This document shows positions 13,409 to 25,706 of a DNA stretch of 64,000 bases, one piece after another (positions within the stretch are counted from its first letter, which is position 1; each line of letters starts with the position of its first letter). The notes under the pieces are model-generated. The model saw only the letters and a program-made list of their open reading frames with translations. It was not told where the DNA came from and did no database searches. Both the position numbers and the translations under genes were made by a program. The DNA comes from Podarcis vaucheri (lineage: Eukaryota), in NCBI GenBank assembly GCA_965113315.1, contig OZ220370.1. One strand, written 5' to 3'.

Positions 13409-13882
13409 TTACATAGTATGTATTCGACCTATCAAACATTCTGTGGTTATTGATGCAGTTCTGTAAGACCGAACGAGAGAGCTCAGCAGAGAGAAGTCAA
13501 AATTTCATCACTAGTTTGGCCTTCCCAGTGGAACATACTTCTGACAAGACATAAACAGGATTGCACAAAATGTCTTTGTGCACTTGCATGCACATTGCAC
13601 TGGAGACAAGGCACATCTGCCAATACCCCCTTCAAAGAGATTTGATGTCTAGAGACCTGAGGGATACTGACTCACTATTGAGCTAGATGCACCAAGGGTC
13701 TGACTCAATATGAGACAGCTTCCTATGTTCCTAATAGAGGTGAAGTAAAGTTTTCCTAGGGACAAAGATAAGAAAAAAGGGACTGTTCCTGGTAAACAGG
13801 GCCACAGGAGACTATCAGCCTGATTCTATATATGCCTACTCAGAAGCAAGGCCCAAGGACTGCACCTTGCAGAAATCATGTA

Positions 13883-14108
13883 CAGTGGTACCTCGGGTTA
13901 AGAACTTAATTTGTTCTGGAGGTCTGTTCTTCACCTGAAACTGTTCTTAACCTGAAGCACCACTTTAGCTAATGGGGCCTCCCGCTGCTGCTGCACCGCC
14001 GCTGCGCAATTTCTGTTCTCATCCTGAAGCAAAGTTCTTAACCCAAGGTACTATTTCTGGGTTAGCGGAGTCTGTAACCTGAAGCGTATGTAACCCGAGG
14101 TATCACTG
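13883..14108 (-). mobile_element. Tigger/pogo-like MITE, copy 3
   Basis: Reverse orientation of 3568-3809; TA TSD. Confidence 0.9.
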
Positions 14109-16182
14109 TACTTTTATGTCTTTAACTTTGCAGCAAGGATTTGCAGTTGTAAGAGAGTGGTGTGCTGATTATTGGGATGCAAATAAAGCCCACTAACGCA
14201 AGCCTCAAGTTGTGGGAGTGGGAGGGCCAAAAAAAAAAGTGGCAGGGAGGCAAAAAGGGCTGGGAGTCTTGAAAGCCAGTGCGCAGAGTCAGAAAGTCTA
14301 GACTCCAGATGTGAATGTGCAGCCTCCGAGAGCGCAGCGCCATAAATATATCAGCCAGATGTCACGAGGCCCAAGCTACAAATCTCTGTGAGTGGTGACA
14401 AGCCTTGGCTTTTTGCTCTTTGCAGTATGCAGCTCCTCCCAGCATTACTGGTCACTTGGTCGGAGGCAGCTGGTGGAGGCTCTGCCAGGCTGGAGAGAAA
14501 GGCAGCTCAGAATTGCCATCCAGCTTGTAGCTGGGTGGAGACTGTTTGGTCTCCTGCAGGAGTAACAGTGACTCTGAGAGAAAATAATGTTGAGAAGTAT
14601 GCAGGGATTGGAAGGGGAGGCAGGAAAAGATTTGGGTTGAAATGCTTCCTCTGAAGAGAGGCTTCTCTAGCACTACGGTTCCTTCCAAATTCTGCTCGCT
14701 TTGCATGACCTTTCTTAATTGAGTTCAGATTCTGACTTGTCAGTGTCAGATCCAGACATGATCTGCCCATCACACCCATCTCAACTTTTTTGTAACCATA
14801 AAGCTTCACACAGATTCAGAGAAAAGGATGTGCCCATGTCAGGCCAGCTTGACCAGGCCTTCACATGCGGGAAATAGTTTCATTTCAAAAACTATGCAGC
14901 TAAGCAGACTGTTCTGCTCTTAATGCCAAGTGCACTTCCATCATTCCAGAGAACAATTAATGCACAGCCTCCCGATGTCCTGGAGTCAGCAAAGATATTT
15001 CTTCCAGCATTATCCTTGGGGCCTTTTAGGCAGACTCATCCAAATGTTGAGCTGGTATCTTGGAATTTGTCCCAGGATCTTCCCAGGCCAGAGATGCCAC
15101 CGGCAATTTGACTAAATGTCAGTGGCCATTGCTAGTTGGCTTTTGAAAAGCTGTCAAAGAATCACCCCATAAAATTGTCTTGCTTCGCAGAGCACACAAA
15201 GTACCATCCATTGAATAACAACAGTAACTCTTTCATTAGGAGCGAAATATTGTTTTATTAAATAGCAATCAACCAACGTCAATTTTTTCCTGTTACTTTG
15301 GAAAGTATTGTGCATAATTAGTGTAACAGTTACAATAGTAATCAACATTATTGCGCAGAAGATAGGGAAGGAAGGAAGAAAGGAAGGTGCTTGATCTTAA
15401 CATCACAAACCTGTCATGTGTTTGGACAGAGCTTTGCGACCTGCAAAGCAAAGATGGTAGATCACATTTAAGTCTTTCCTTGATTTGGGTGGTCTTCAAC
15501 GGTATATAATACACAAGCAGTCACTCTTCACTGTGTTCATCAGAAAGTGAGGGAAACTAGAATGATCTACAGAATTTTAAGACAGAATAAATTTCAGAGT
15601 TTAAGGATGCTTTGGGGCACTATATAGTATTGCGCTTCTGATAACGAAATCCCCTGGCACCAAATGGCTAAACTGGTGTGAGAGTATAGAATATTCCAGC
15701 TGCAGAATGCTTGTGAACATCCCAACTACTTGGAGAACAAAGCTTTCAAGATCTTTGAAGTCCAGCTTCTCAGAGGACAGGGAAAGTTAATTTGTGTTTG
15801 TTGTATCTGTAGACCAATTTTCAGACCGGGCCTACAAGCCTGGGGTTTAAGTAGGGATGGAGGAGAGTTTTGTTCAGTCCACATTTTGAAGGAAACTGAC
15901 CTAACTTGCACCTCCTGGATTAATACACAGGCCAGAAAGCAGTTATGCTTCAGATTTCACAGTTCTTAGAATTTTGCAGTGCAGTTCTCAACTAAAAATG
16001 TACCAAATTATGTTTTTTAAATGTAGGGTAAAATACCTTTTGAAATGTGTACATTGATATAAAATATGAATGAACTGGCTGTATACATTGTGATAAAATA
16101 CATATAAAAGTACATGTAGGGAAACTGCATTTGTTGCTGTTTGCAATGACCTGTGTCAGGAGAGAGACAGGGTGTGTTACTG

Positions 16183-16696
16183 CAGTGTTTCCCAACCGGT
16201 GTTCCGCGGCACACTAGTGTGCCGTGAGACACCGGCTGGTGTGCCGTGGGAGGGAGGCGGGCGAGTCGGGCGGCGAGAGGCGGCGGCGGCGAGGATCCGC
16301 ATCGAGCCGGGGGCGGCTCCGCGGTGGTGGTGCCGAGCGGCGGGGCAGCGCGCGCAAAAGGGAGGAGCGCGAGACAGCGGAGGAGGAGGAGGCCGGCATG
16401 TCCGGGCAGCAGCAGCAACAGCAGCAGCAACTCCTGGCGATGGCTCCTCCTCCGCCCGCTATCGCCGCCACCACCACAACAGCCGCCGCCTCAGCTGCCG
16501 CCGTCCCTCAGTCCCTCGCTCTGCTGCCTCCTCCCACCCCGGCAAGGGGAAGGGAAAATACGTTCACTTTTGTGCGTCCCTCCCGGCGTGACGCTGCGCG
16601 CTGACGTCACGGGGCGGGGCTTTAATGGTGGTGTGCCGCGAGATTTGTTCCCGGTAAACAGGTGTGCCGTTGCCCAAAAACGTTTGGGAAACACTG
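16183..16696. mobile_element. Non-autonomous hAT (Charlie-like) element with GC-rich captured interior
   Basis: TIR cagtgtttcccaa / ttgggaaacactg; perfect 8-bp TSD tgttactg (16175-16182, 16697-16704); subterminal gtgtgccg repeats. Confidence 0.92.
16602..16620. promoter_or_regulatory. CRE palindrome (TGACGTCA) adjacent to a GC box (GGGGCGGGGC), inside the hAT element
   Basis: Exact consensus motifs at 16602-16609 and 16611-16620; function untested. Confidence 0.45.
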
Positions 16697-16817
16697 TGTT
16701 ACTGTGTTGATTCTCCTTGATCCCTCAACAGCTTTCCATAGCATCTGTCTGAGCTGGGTACACCAAACTGCAGTGCTTCCACTCCTGTTTAGATGCCTCC
16801 CCAGAAGGTGGTTCTTG

Positions 16818-17068
16818 GGGAGCCAGTGTGGTGTAGTGGTTAAGAGCAATGGACTCGTAATCTGGGGAACCAGGTTCGCGTCTCCACTCCTCCACATGCA
16901 GCTGCTGGGTGACCTTGGGCCAGTCACACTGAAGTCTCTCAGCCCCACTCACCTCACAGAATGTTTGTTGTGGGGGAGGAAGGGAAAGGAGAATGTTAGC
17001 CGCTTTGAGACTCCTTCGGGTAGTGATAAAGCGGGATATCAAATCCAAACTCTTCTTCTACTACTACT
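16818..17068 (+). mobile_element. tRNA-derived CORE SINE (Squam3/Ther-1-like), full length
   Basis: gagccagtgtggtgtagtggttaagagc A box, ggttcgcgtc B-box-like, gtgaccttgggccagtcac CORE, tccaaactcttcttc tail; three copies in the window. Confidence 0.85.
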
Positions 17069-17173
17069 CAACTCCATGGGTTCTGCAGTATGGAGTTCCA
17101 CAGGGATCATCTATATGGAGCCACTCAGCTGGGATCATACAGAGTTTCAGGATGTGTTGTTGATGACATATGC

Positions 17174-17309
17174 CAGGCATAGGCAACTTCGGCCCTCCAG
17201 ATGTTTTGAGACTACAATTCCCATCATCCCTGACCACTGGTCCTGTTAGCTAGGGATCTTGGGAGTTGTAGTCCCAGAACATCTGGAGGGCTGAGGCTGC
17301 CTATGCCTG
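17174..17309. mobile_element. Short palindromic hAT MITE
   Basis: TIR caggcataggca / tgcctatgcctg; TSD acatatgc/gcatatgc (7/8). Confidence 0.85.
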
Positions 17310-20141
17310 GCATATGCTGATGACACACATATCTATTTCTCCTTTTAATCTCCTTGCTCTTCAGGGCAAGATGGTTGTCATTTTGGCTGGGATTAAGCCT
17401 ATGACAGGCTCAGGGCAGGAGTAGCTTGGTTGGGAAGTCTGAAGTCTGGGAAGAGGCCCCAGAAATCAGGACGACTGAAAAGTAGAATGGCAAGAAGGGG
17501 GAAAGAAGAAGCAATGGATTAAAACACAGGAACCTGTGAAGGAGAAGGAAGCTTGAGGAAAGGAGCAGATGTGAAATGGAACTAAGGCAATTCCATTTAT
17601 TAATGCATATGAAACTGGAAGTTCTTAGGTTACTGTGTTACTTACGCACACACAGCCTGAGATTTATTATTATTAGGTGAGAAACATATGCTCGCCAGAC
17701 CTCAGTTATCAAGACACCTGATCATAGATGGCCCAACAGAAGTTGCGCACTATATAACCCTGCCAACAGAGCAAATTGTTCCAGGTGACTCAAGAAGAAA
17801 GCCCACTTCTATGTAACAAGGAGAGTAATAAAATATGTTGACGTAATAAGGGCATGTAACCAATATTTTATTAGGATGTTCTGGATTCATTGTAACAAAC
17901 CTATAAGAACATCCAAACAGCACATAAGAGCACCACATCATGTGTTCGCCTGAGCATAAAAAGTGACATGTGGGTTCTCTTCCCCACGGGCAAATGTCAC
18001 TGCTAAGACTTAGGGGGTTAGTACTAATCTACAGTTATTATTATTTTTTCTGAATTTATGGCAAGGGTATCCCAGAGGAGAAATGTGCAATTGCTAGGGG
18101 TTGTTTAGTGATACGATTCATCTAACCTGAATCTGACCAGCAATGCACTGCCTTGATTTGCTCAGTATCTTGAAAAGTCAGTTGCTGTATTGCACTTCTA
18201 TGGCAAGATCATGCCCTTAGCTGATAATGTAGCTGATGAATCATCGGTGCTGAAGAAAATTGGATAATCTACCCAGAGCAATCCGATGCAACGCCATTCG
18301 CTTTGTAATAACACATAATGGGCTTTGAGGACAGTTGATTTTTAATCAGAACAATTGATATTTGCAGAATTCAACCTCACTCAGCCATTTTTGAGAAAAT
18401 AAGTTATTGCAATCAGAAAGTGACTTCTTGCCATCAAAGCAGCTTATTTCAGTCACCACCACTCACATCAAACCTTGCATTTCTTCCGCCCTAACAACTG
18501 ACTATTATCATCTTCCTACTAGCTAGGGGCCAAACTAGTCTTTACACTGCAGACTCCTCAAGAAGGACACATTACCCTTTTATATCCAGAGGTTTTGGAT
18601 GCAGAATAATTTATTTGCTTGCATTTTATGTCAATCCACCTAATTGGCTCTCCCTGAACCAATAAGCAAACCAAAGCACAGTTACCTTTCAACGTCTACA
18701 CTTCTCCAAATTTTGCGATTCAGTTCTTCAAAAAGTGTGCATTAAAACGCATATATTAGTGAAAACAAGGTACAAAAATGCAGTACATTGCAGGAAATAG
18801 CTAGCAAAAGTGCATATGTTAGGACTGATGCACGATATTAATGTTCATGCAGTACACTTTTCATGTGATTTTTTGTGTGCTGTTTTTAAGCTGCTTCTTT
18901 TTTTTTACATTGTGCACATCCTATTGAGAAATATATGTGGAAGGTGATTAATAAATAACAATAACAACAATGCTTCAATTCTTTGAAGCGGATTGTATAT
19001 ATTAAGGTTTTGCGTAAGCCTGCTTAAATATTTACTTATAATTCAGTTTGAGAGTGATACAGAATATGGAAGCGAGGGGGCGGGGGGCTAAAGAGAGTTG
19101 AGGCTGATAGCATCACCAGACTAGAACAGCAATGGAGAGCGGGTTGTGTTTTTTTAAAGAAAACATATTTTTTGAAGCACAGAATCCACAAGCTTCCACT
19201 CTCTTCAGCAGAAGGAACATATTGCATCTCATTTCTGTACTTCCTGGAGATAAAAATCTACAGAAAATCCATCACCGACTGAAAACGGGTTGCATTTATT
19301 ATCATCGTATTATCCTGACTTTGCTGCTCCAGCCTTCATGGATTTGTTGTATGCACAGTCAGGGACGTTTTCTACGAAAGACAATGCCAACGCTCTCATT
19401 GTTGCCATGCAAACCCAATTAGGGGATATTGTACCTTTATATACTGAGGCGGTTTCCCTTGGGTTATTGTCTCGATTATCAATAATTGCTACAAGCCGAC
19501 TTCAACATCCGGCATATATATGAGACTCTCAGTGAATAGCAGGTTTTATTTAGAAGCAAGAAGTAGCTGGCATTATATTTTGAAAGAGAGTGCAGACACT
19601 ACAGTATGGGTTTTCAAATAGGCGGCGCTTTTCCTTCAGCTGTAATTAAACTTGCCAATACCTTAAAGATATTCACTTGCAAATTTAGCATCTCTAGTAA
19701 GGCCAGCATTGGTGAGGATCGACAGCAGCAAGTGCATAAGGCTCATATTTTAACTACGTTGTTTTAGAGTAATATTGCGGAAGGAAGTGTGAATGGTTGG
19801 TGACCATTAGGGCACAATTTAGAGCATTTGCAGATGCCCTCAATTTCAGTGCTTTTGTTCCCCGTTGCCTGGGCATATGAGGTGCCTAAACGGACTGTTA
19901 TGGTGCATACCACTGTCAGGATTGTACAATAAAGACAACAGTTTGGATGCTTTTTTTAAAAAAAAAGTTTGGAGGTCCCACCTGCATTGACCTTTTCTAC
20001 GCCTCTGCAGAGGTTTGAGGAAAAACCAGGAAGGGCCAATAAGAAGGACCTGGATAGTTATTTCATCACCCCAGTTAAAAGAACAGAGGTGTTACCTTCA
20101 ACAAGTATACACATTTGATGAGTGTACGGTCCCTGTACGTC

Positions 20142-20382
20142 CCTTGGCCCAGTATACCTGAAAGAGAGTCTCCACCCCCATCGTTTAGCCCTGACAATGA
20201 GGTCCAGCACCAAGGGCCTCCCACCAGATGTCAAGGAAATAAACAACTATCTGACTTTTAGAAGACATCTGAAGGCAGCCCTGTTTAGGGAAGTTTTTAA
20301 TGTTTGAAGTTTTATTCTGTTTTTAATGTTCTGTTGAAAGCCGCCCAGAGTGGCTGGGGAAACCCAGCCAGATGAGTGGGGT

Positions 20383-20445
<63 letters not shown>

Positions 20446-20446
20446 A
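20142..20446 (+). mobile_element. L2 LINE 3' fragment with internal deletion and (GAAA)n tail
   Basis: LGPVYLKESLHPH...DVKEINNYLTFRRHLKAALFREVFNV*, the L2 ORF2 C-terminus; (GAAA)n at 20383-20446. Confidence 0.85.
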
Positions 20447-21660
20447 ATATTATCATCGGCGTACAAATATTGTTGTGTTGTATACTGGAACAGTTATCCA
20501 CATATAACATTCAACAAGTGTACAGCCCATGTACACAGTAGTAGAAATCATTAAGTGTCCTTTCAGACAAACACTTGTGCATGTGGAGAGACATCTTGTG
20601 TACCTGTGTTCAGGATAATGTGTGAACAAGCCTACTATATACATGAAAGAGGGATAGATTTGGCTAGGAGTTTACTTCTAGAAGACGGAACACTAGAGAG
20701 TACAGCATTAGTCACAAACAGCCTACAAAACATATCAGTTGCTTTTACCTATTGGGTTTACAAAGACTTTCTATCCTTTAAAAAAATATTATTAAGTTTT
20801 AATTTTGTATACCTACCATTTTATTCGACTTAACCATTTTAACCATACTAGGACTTGTCAGATTTGTTGTATTAAATAGAGTGTGCTGGTTTTTAACCAT
20901 ATGGTAAAGATATATATCACTTCCCTGAGAATCTTGTTCCAGTGTTCAACCGTCCCTTAAGACGCAGAAGTATTCGTAAATAGCCATGGCACATCTGTGC
21001 AGCTGCAATGGAATATGTTGTGACTTGCCCTTCTCCTTTTCTTCTTCTTCTTGAAATGTGATGAGAGGGATTCAAAATACGAGAGGACACTAAGGCTACA
21101 AAAAGGTGTTCATTTTCTTGGTACCAAAGCATTGCCACATCCATGCTGCCTTATTTTGCCAATTCAGGGTTCAACCCCTTGCCAACTTTGATGACCAGCA
21201 TCCATTCACAATTTCATGCCAAAGAGATGAGAGGGCTTAGTTCCATACATTTCTGTAAGGTTTTCCAGGCGTTGTCCTCTTTTCCCTTATTAGGAATTAT
21301 CGGGTGCCGCAAGGGTCTTATCATAATTTCTCAGTCCTAGCATATTTACTGGACGGGGGATGGGGGATGGGGGACACGACACTAGCTCTGAGCACTAGCC
21401 TTTCGATTCTGCTCTCCACCCTCAGGTGACCACACCAGCTCCAGAGAACAGGAGGAAGGATGTTGCCGTTGCTGGGCAAGTTCAGAAAATGGTTCCCAAC
21501 CCCCAGAAGCAGGCAGGACAAATGTTGGCTGGTCTAACGCCGATGTAAATTAATGGAGATGGTGTGGTCAGTATGAAAAGCCACAGAGCTATGTGGGTAA
21601 AGAGAGGTGGGTGAAGTCAGGTTGCCAAGGGAAGGCTGAGGCACACAGCTTGTGCCCAGT

Positions 21661-21914
21661 GAAGAAGAAGAAGAAGAGTTTGGATTTGATATCCCGCCTT
21701 TCACTCCCTTTAAGGAGTCTCAAAGCGGCTAACATTCTCCTTTCCCTTCCTCCCCCACAACAAACACTCTGTGAGGTGAGTGGGGCTGAGAGACTTCAAA
21801 GAAGTGTGACTGGCCCAAGGTCACCCAGCAGCTGCATGTGGAGGAGCGGAGACGCGAACCCGGTTCCCCAGATTACGAGACTACCGCTCTTAACTACTAC
21901 ACCACACTGGCTCT
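21661..21914 (-). mobile_element. Squam3-like CORE SINE, full length
   Basis: Reverse complement of 16818-17068; (GAA)n tail; ccagtg on both flanks. Confidence 0.88.
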
Positions 21915-23049
21915 CCAGTGCCCACGCAGGAGAGAAGTCCTGGCAGAACTTCTGCTCCTATAAAATAGGCTATGGCTGTTCTTAATCTCTCCGGTTGTCT
22001 CAAATCTGTGATGACGAATGCCCCTGGTAAAACCAACCAACCAACCAACCCTACTATTTTAATTCTGACACTGATGTGCCTTTTGAAATCAGGTTAGTGT
22101 GAATTCTAGAGCACTAGAGTTCCTTCCTGACCTGGTATTGTTTGGAAACACCAGAGTAGGTGCATCTTGAAACTATTACACCATTTCTGCAATTGTTAAT
22201 TTTTTAAACAAAAACTGGGCATCATCTAACCATAATCTCCCTTTTGATCCCTCTCCCACCAGCTGCCATTTCTTCAGCAGGTGAACTGCTAAGTGTCATA
22301 ATGCTGGGGTCAGATTTCCTTGGTTTGTGGACTCAGAAAAAAGTTTCTGAGTTTATGAACTCAGAAAAAGTGGGAGAGAGAATTGCCCTTAATGCCAGGC
22401 CTGGATGGCTCCACATTTGTGGAAGCCCCACAATGCCAGGAATCTGTTCTGCTAACTATCCTCAGGAAGTCATGTTATCTTGACAATCCAAGGGCCAAGA
22501 CTGAGAAGAGCATGGCCTCTTCTGCACTGCTAGAGTCTATAGGTGCTGAGACAGGCAAGGCCCTTTTAACTGGAAGAGACTGCTCTCAGACGAAGTCACC
22601 GAAAGGACTTAGGCCCCTCTGCAGTTGTCTGTTGCTGAAGGAATATGGGAGCCTGCTTGTATGAATCTCCAGCTGAGCTCCACACGGAGCTATCCAAGGT
22701 GCTACCTGGGACGTCATTTATCTACCCTGCTTCACCAGCTGGTGAACCTATTGTGAACTGAATGCAATAGCATTTGGGCATTGTGTTAAACTTGACACAG
22801 AAGGCTGTGGGGATAAGCGTTAACAGCTTGCCTCTCCGTTCTTATTCTGGTCGCCATCCACCATTCTAAAACTACTCCTGGGTTCTAAAACTCCCATGAA
22901 TACAGAAGGTTCCTGTATTCATAACTTCACAACTTTAAAAGGTCGCCTTCTATGAGTTGTATGGAAAACAGAACTCATGCCCTCGCAGCCATGCCCTTCC
23001 CCTGTGTGATACTTACCACACTACCCCAACACATGAAGAAGGCTGTTTT

Positions 23050-23194
23050 TTATCAGGATCAAGGCATGAACTTAAGTTGCATCTTGCTGAAGCTAAGCAG
23101 GTCTGGGTCTGGTCATTGTCTGGATTTAAGAGGGCCCAGAAATTCTACCTATGTCCTTATCTCCATGAAAGAAAGGTGAGATTGCATAAAAAAT
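23050..23194 (+). mobile_element. 5S rRNA-derived SINE (degenerate)
   Basis: gaagctaagcaggtctgggtctggtcattgtctgga resembles the 5S internal control region (GAAGCTAAGCAGGGTCGGGCCTGGTTAGTACTTGGA); tail ccatgaaagaaaggtgaga. Confidence 0.6.
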
Positions 23195-23261
23195 CAGGAA
23201 GTGGGTTATGGCAGTGTTCCTTAATGAAAATCTGCATCACCTGACTCTGTGTACTTACTGT

Positions 23262-23401
23262 ATTTCTGTACCACCTTTCTTCCAACATGGAACTCATAGG
23301 TGGAATTCCCAGGCCATGACTCACCCAGGCACTGACCAAACTCAAATGCACTTCGTACTAGCAAGATGGCTGCATCCTGTCCTCTCAGCCTATGTACTGG
23401 C
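23262..23401 (-). mobile_element. 5S rRNA-derived SINE, second (inverted) copy
   Basis: Reverse complement reads gcagccatcttgctag...tggtcagtgcctggg...gttccatgttggaagaaaggtggtacagaaat. Confidence 0.55.
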
Positions 23402-24482
23402 ACATCTCTATGTTCATCTGCAGCTCACTGCAGGCTATGAGGTACCTCAGTTATTAGGGCTGAGCCTTTAATTAATCCCACTGTCACAAAAAATTTCAGG
23501 AATAGACAGTTTCATAAGTCCAAGACACACATATATTTCTAACTGTGTTGTGGATATTATTCTGGCATGAAGTGTCAAGTCATTAAGTGTTCATTTGAGC
23601 TGGAAGGTATTCAGTGGTTAAACAGCACACTATGAAGGTCTTGGGGCTGACAATAGGCCTGTGTGTGTCAAAGTGTTTCAAAGGATTTACTGCCTGTTAC
23701 TGAGAAGCCATTGTGGAAAGGTTCAAATATTTCACTTATTGTCAGATTATTACTATATAGAGGTCACTAGTAAACTCCCATAATTCAGAGTGATTCTGGG
23801 GTGGAAAAGGCCTGAGGGTTTGATGGATCATCTTGACTGGGAGCTTTGAAGTAAAATATCACCTGCTGTTTTGATTGTTCCCATATACTATCTGATGTTT
23901 CATTACTTCTTCTTTTAAAACAGAAAACAAAAAAAACCCACACAATGTCTCGGACAAATGGCCTCTGAAAGATAAAGAAAACACATAAAATGTACAAGGA
24001 AGGCAATTGGAAAAAGGAATATGAGCATAAGCCAAGTTTTCATTGGTGAAACTCTAGGGGGAAATTAGTGTCTTCTATGGGCCAATCTACCATAGCCAGA
24101 ATATGGAATGGCCACAACTTGAGATGACTCTGTTTTCAAGGGGATTCTAGGAACTGTCATAAGCCATTTCCACTTTTCCGATAAGCATTAGCCCTGGTTC
24201 AAGGTTTCACTTCACAATGCATGGAGGGCAAAATGGGGCAGTGTGTGCTAGCCATGGCCCAATGTCCTCATCCATGCCAGCTCTAACCTCTCCAAACTCC
24301 ATGTATTCAATGAAAATGTCCAAAGGAGGTATCTTCAAGTGTTGAAATGAATGTACTTAAAGTCTTCCATCCCAGCAGGAACTCCAGGTGGTTGTGCAGG
24401 AGTTGCCCAGGTGTGAGGCAACAGCTGGCAGGGACAGGATGAATATGTGGGGCCCATTTCTCTCTCCATCCATTCTGAGAGC

Positions 24483-24483
<1 letters not shown>

Positions 24484-24530
<47 letters not shown>

Positions 24531-24877
24531 TTTATTTATACCCCGCCCGCCCCAGCCAGAGCTGGGCTCAGGGTGGCTAACACCAATAAAATTACAATAA
24601 AACATAATAGGGGAGAAACAAACAAACAAACAAACAAACAAAACCAGTTTATTAAAATACGGGTTAAAATACAATTTAAAATGCAGCCTCATTTTAATAG
24701 TAGCCCATAAATCAAAACCATAAGGGGAGGGAAACATAAGAGTCAAACTGAGTCCAAACCAAAGGCCAGGCGGAACAGCTCTGTCTTGCAGGCCCTGCAG
24801 AAAGATGTCAAGTCCCGCAAGGCCCTGGTCTCTTGTGACAGAGCGTTCCACCAAGTCGGGGCCAGTACTGAAAAGGC
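24484..24877 (-). mobile_element. L2 LINE 3' fragment with (ATT)n tail
   Basis: Minus strand encodes AFSVLAPTWWNALSQETRALRDLTSFCRACKTELFRLAF; (AAT)n at 24484-24528. Confidence 0.85.
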
Positions 24878-24894
24878 TTAGAGTTGAGTCACAC

Positions 24895-25030
24895 CAGTAC
24901 TATTTTTCTAGAAAAAAGAGGAGCCTGAGCTTACCATGAATGCCTCCCTTGTTCTCTTATAATGGCAATGGCGCCCACCTGAGAGGTGCTGGAACTGAGT
25001 TCTGGCAAGTTCCAGCTGAAAAAAGCCCTA
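24895..25030. mobile_element. Short hAT-like MITE (second copy 59482-59620)
   Basis: Shared core cctcccttgttctc..aatggcaatggcgcccacctgaga..tgc..gaactgagttctgg in both copies. Confidence 0.7.
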
Positions 25031-25706
25031 GTTCATACACACCTGGAGTTGTCCTTTCATACAACGTTCTAGTCTCCTAAGAAGCAAGGACATGCTGAAT
25101 TGCATTTGTGTCTGAAAACAGAAAAGCGGCTCTGCCCCCCCCCCGCCTCCTGCATTCTTTGCCTGTGTGCTGCTTAACACCACTGATCCATAAAGATCAA
25201 TGCCTCAACCAGTGAACACACAGTGCTAGCAACCCTGACCCTGCAAACATGGCTTTCTTTCCAGGAATAGACCATTCAATAAATATATCTTTGTAACTGT
25301 GATTTATTGTAAATCACGGGCTGATTTGCCTCTAAGGGTAAATGCATTTTTAATCAAGCAGTATGCCCACAGTATGCAAAGTTCATCTTCATTTGTGTTT
25401 CCCCCCCGGTGAACAAACCCCTCATGGTCTTCAACCTTTCGCTACTTTCGCCTCTGCCAGTTTGCCCATTAGAATTGCTCTTAATTACATGCCTGACTGC
25501 ACTCTTAACTCTCTTGGGGAACAGTAAACTTTGAAAGCTTCCCTGTCCACAAAGGATATGAGCAAAAACATATTCTATTTTCTGAAAGTTTAATCAAGCT
25601 TAATGTGTAGGATTCTTCTTTCTTTCCCCCCCATAATTTGTAACTAATTCATCACAGCTATTACATTGTGCATGGTAGCAGATAGATTTTTGGACTTGGC
25701 CTAGGC

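Larger units (their letters stand above)
16145..17112 (+). mobile_element. Old L2 ORF2 RT fragment split by two younger insertions
   Basis: DLCQERDR|hAT|VTVLILLDPSTAFHSI (LLDLSAAFDTI motif)...SQKVVLG|SINE|..STPWVLQYGVPQGS (GVPQGS RT motif). Confidence 0.75.

Noticed and set aside
16172-16710. CpG island with polyQ ORF as a genuine gene start at this locus
   Set aside because: It lies entirely within hAT TIRs and TSD, inserted in an L2 fragment; no convincing splice donor or downstream exons
16662-17249. Longest ORF (195 aa)
   Set aside because: Chance read-through across a hAT end, an L2 remnant, a SINE and a MITE
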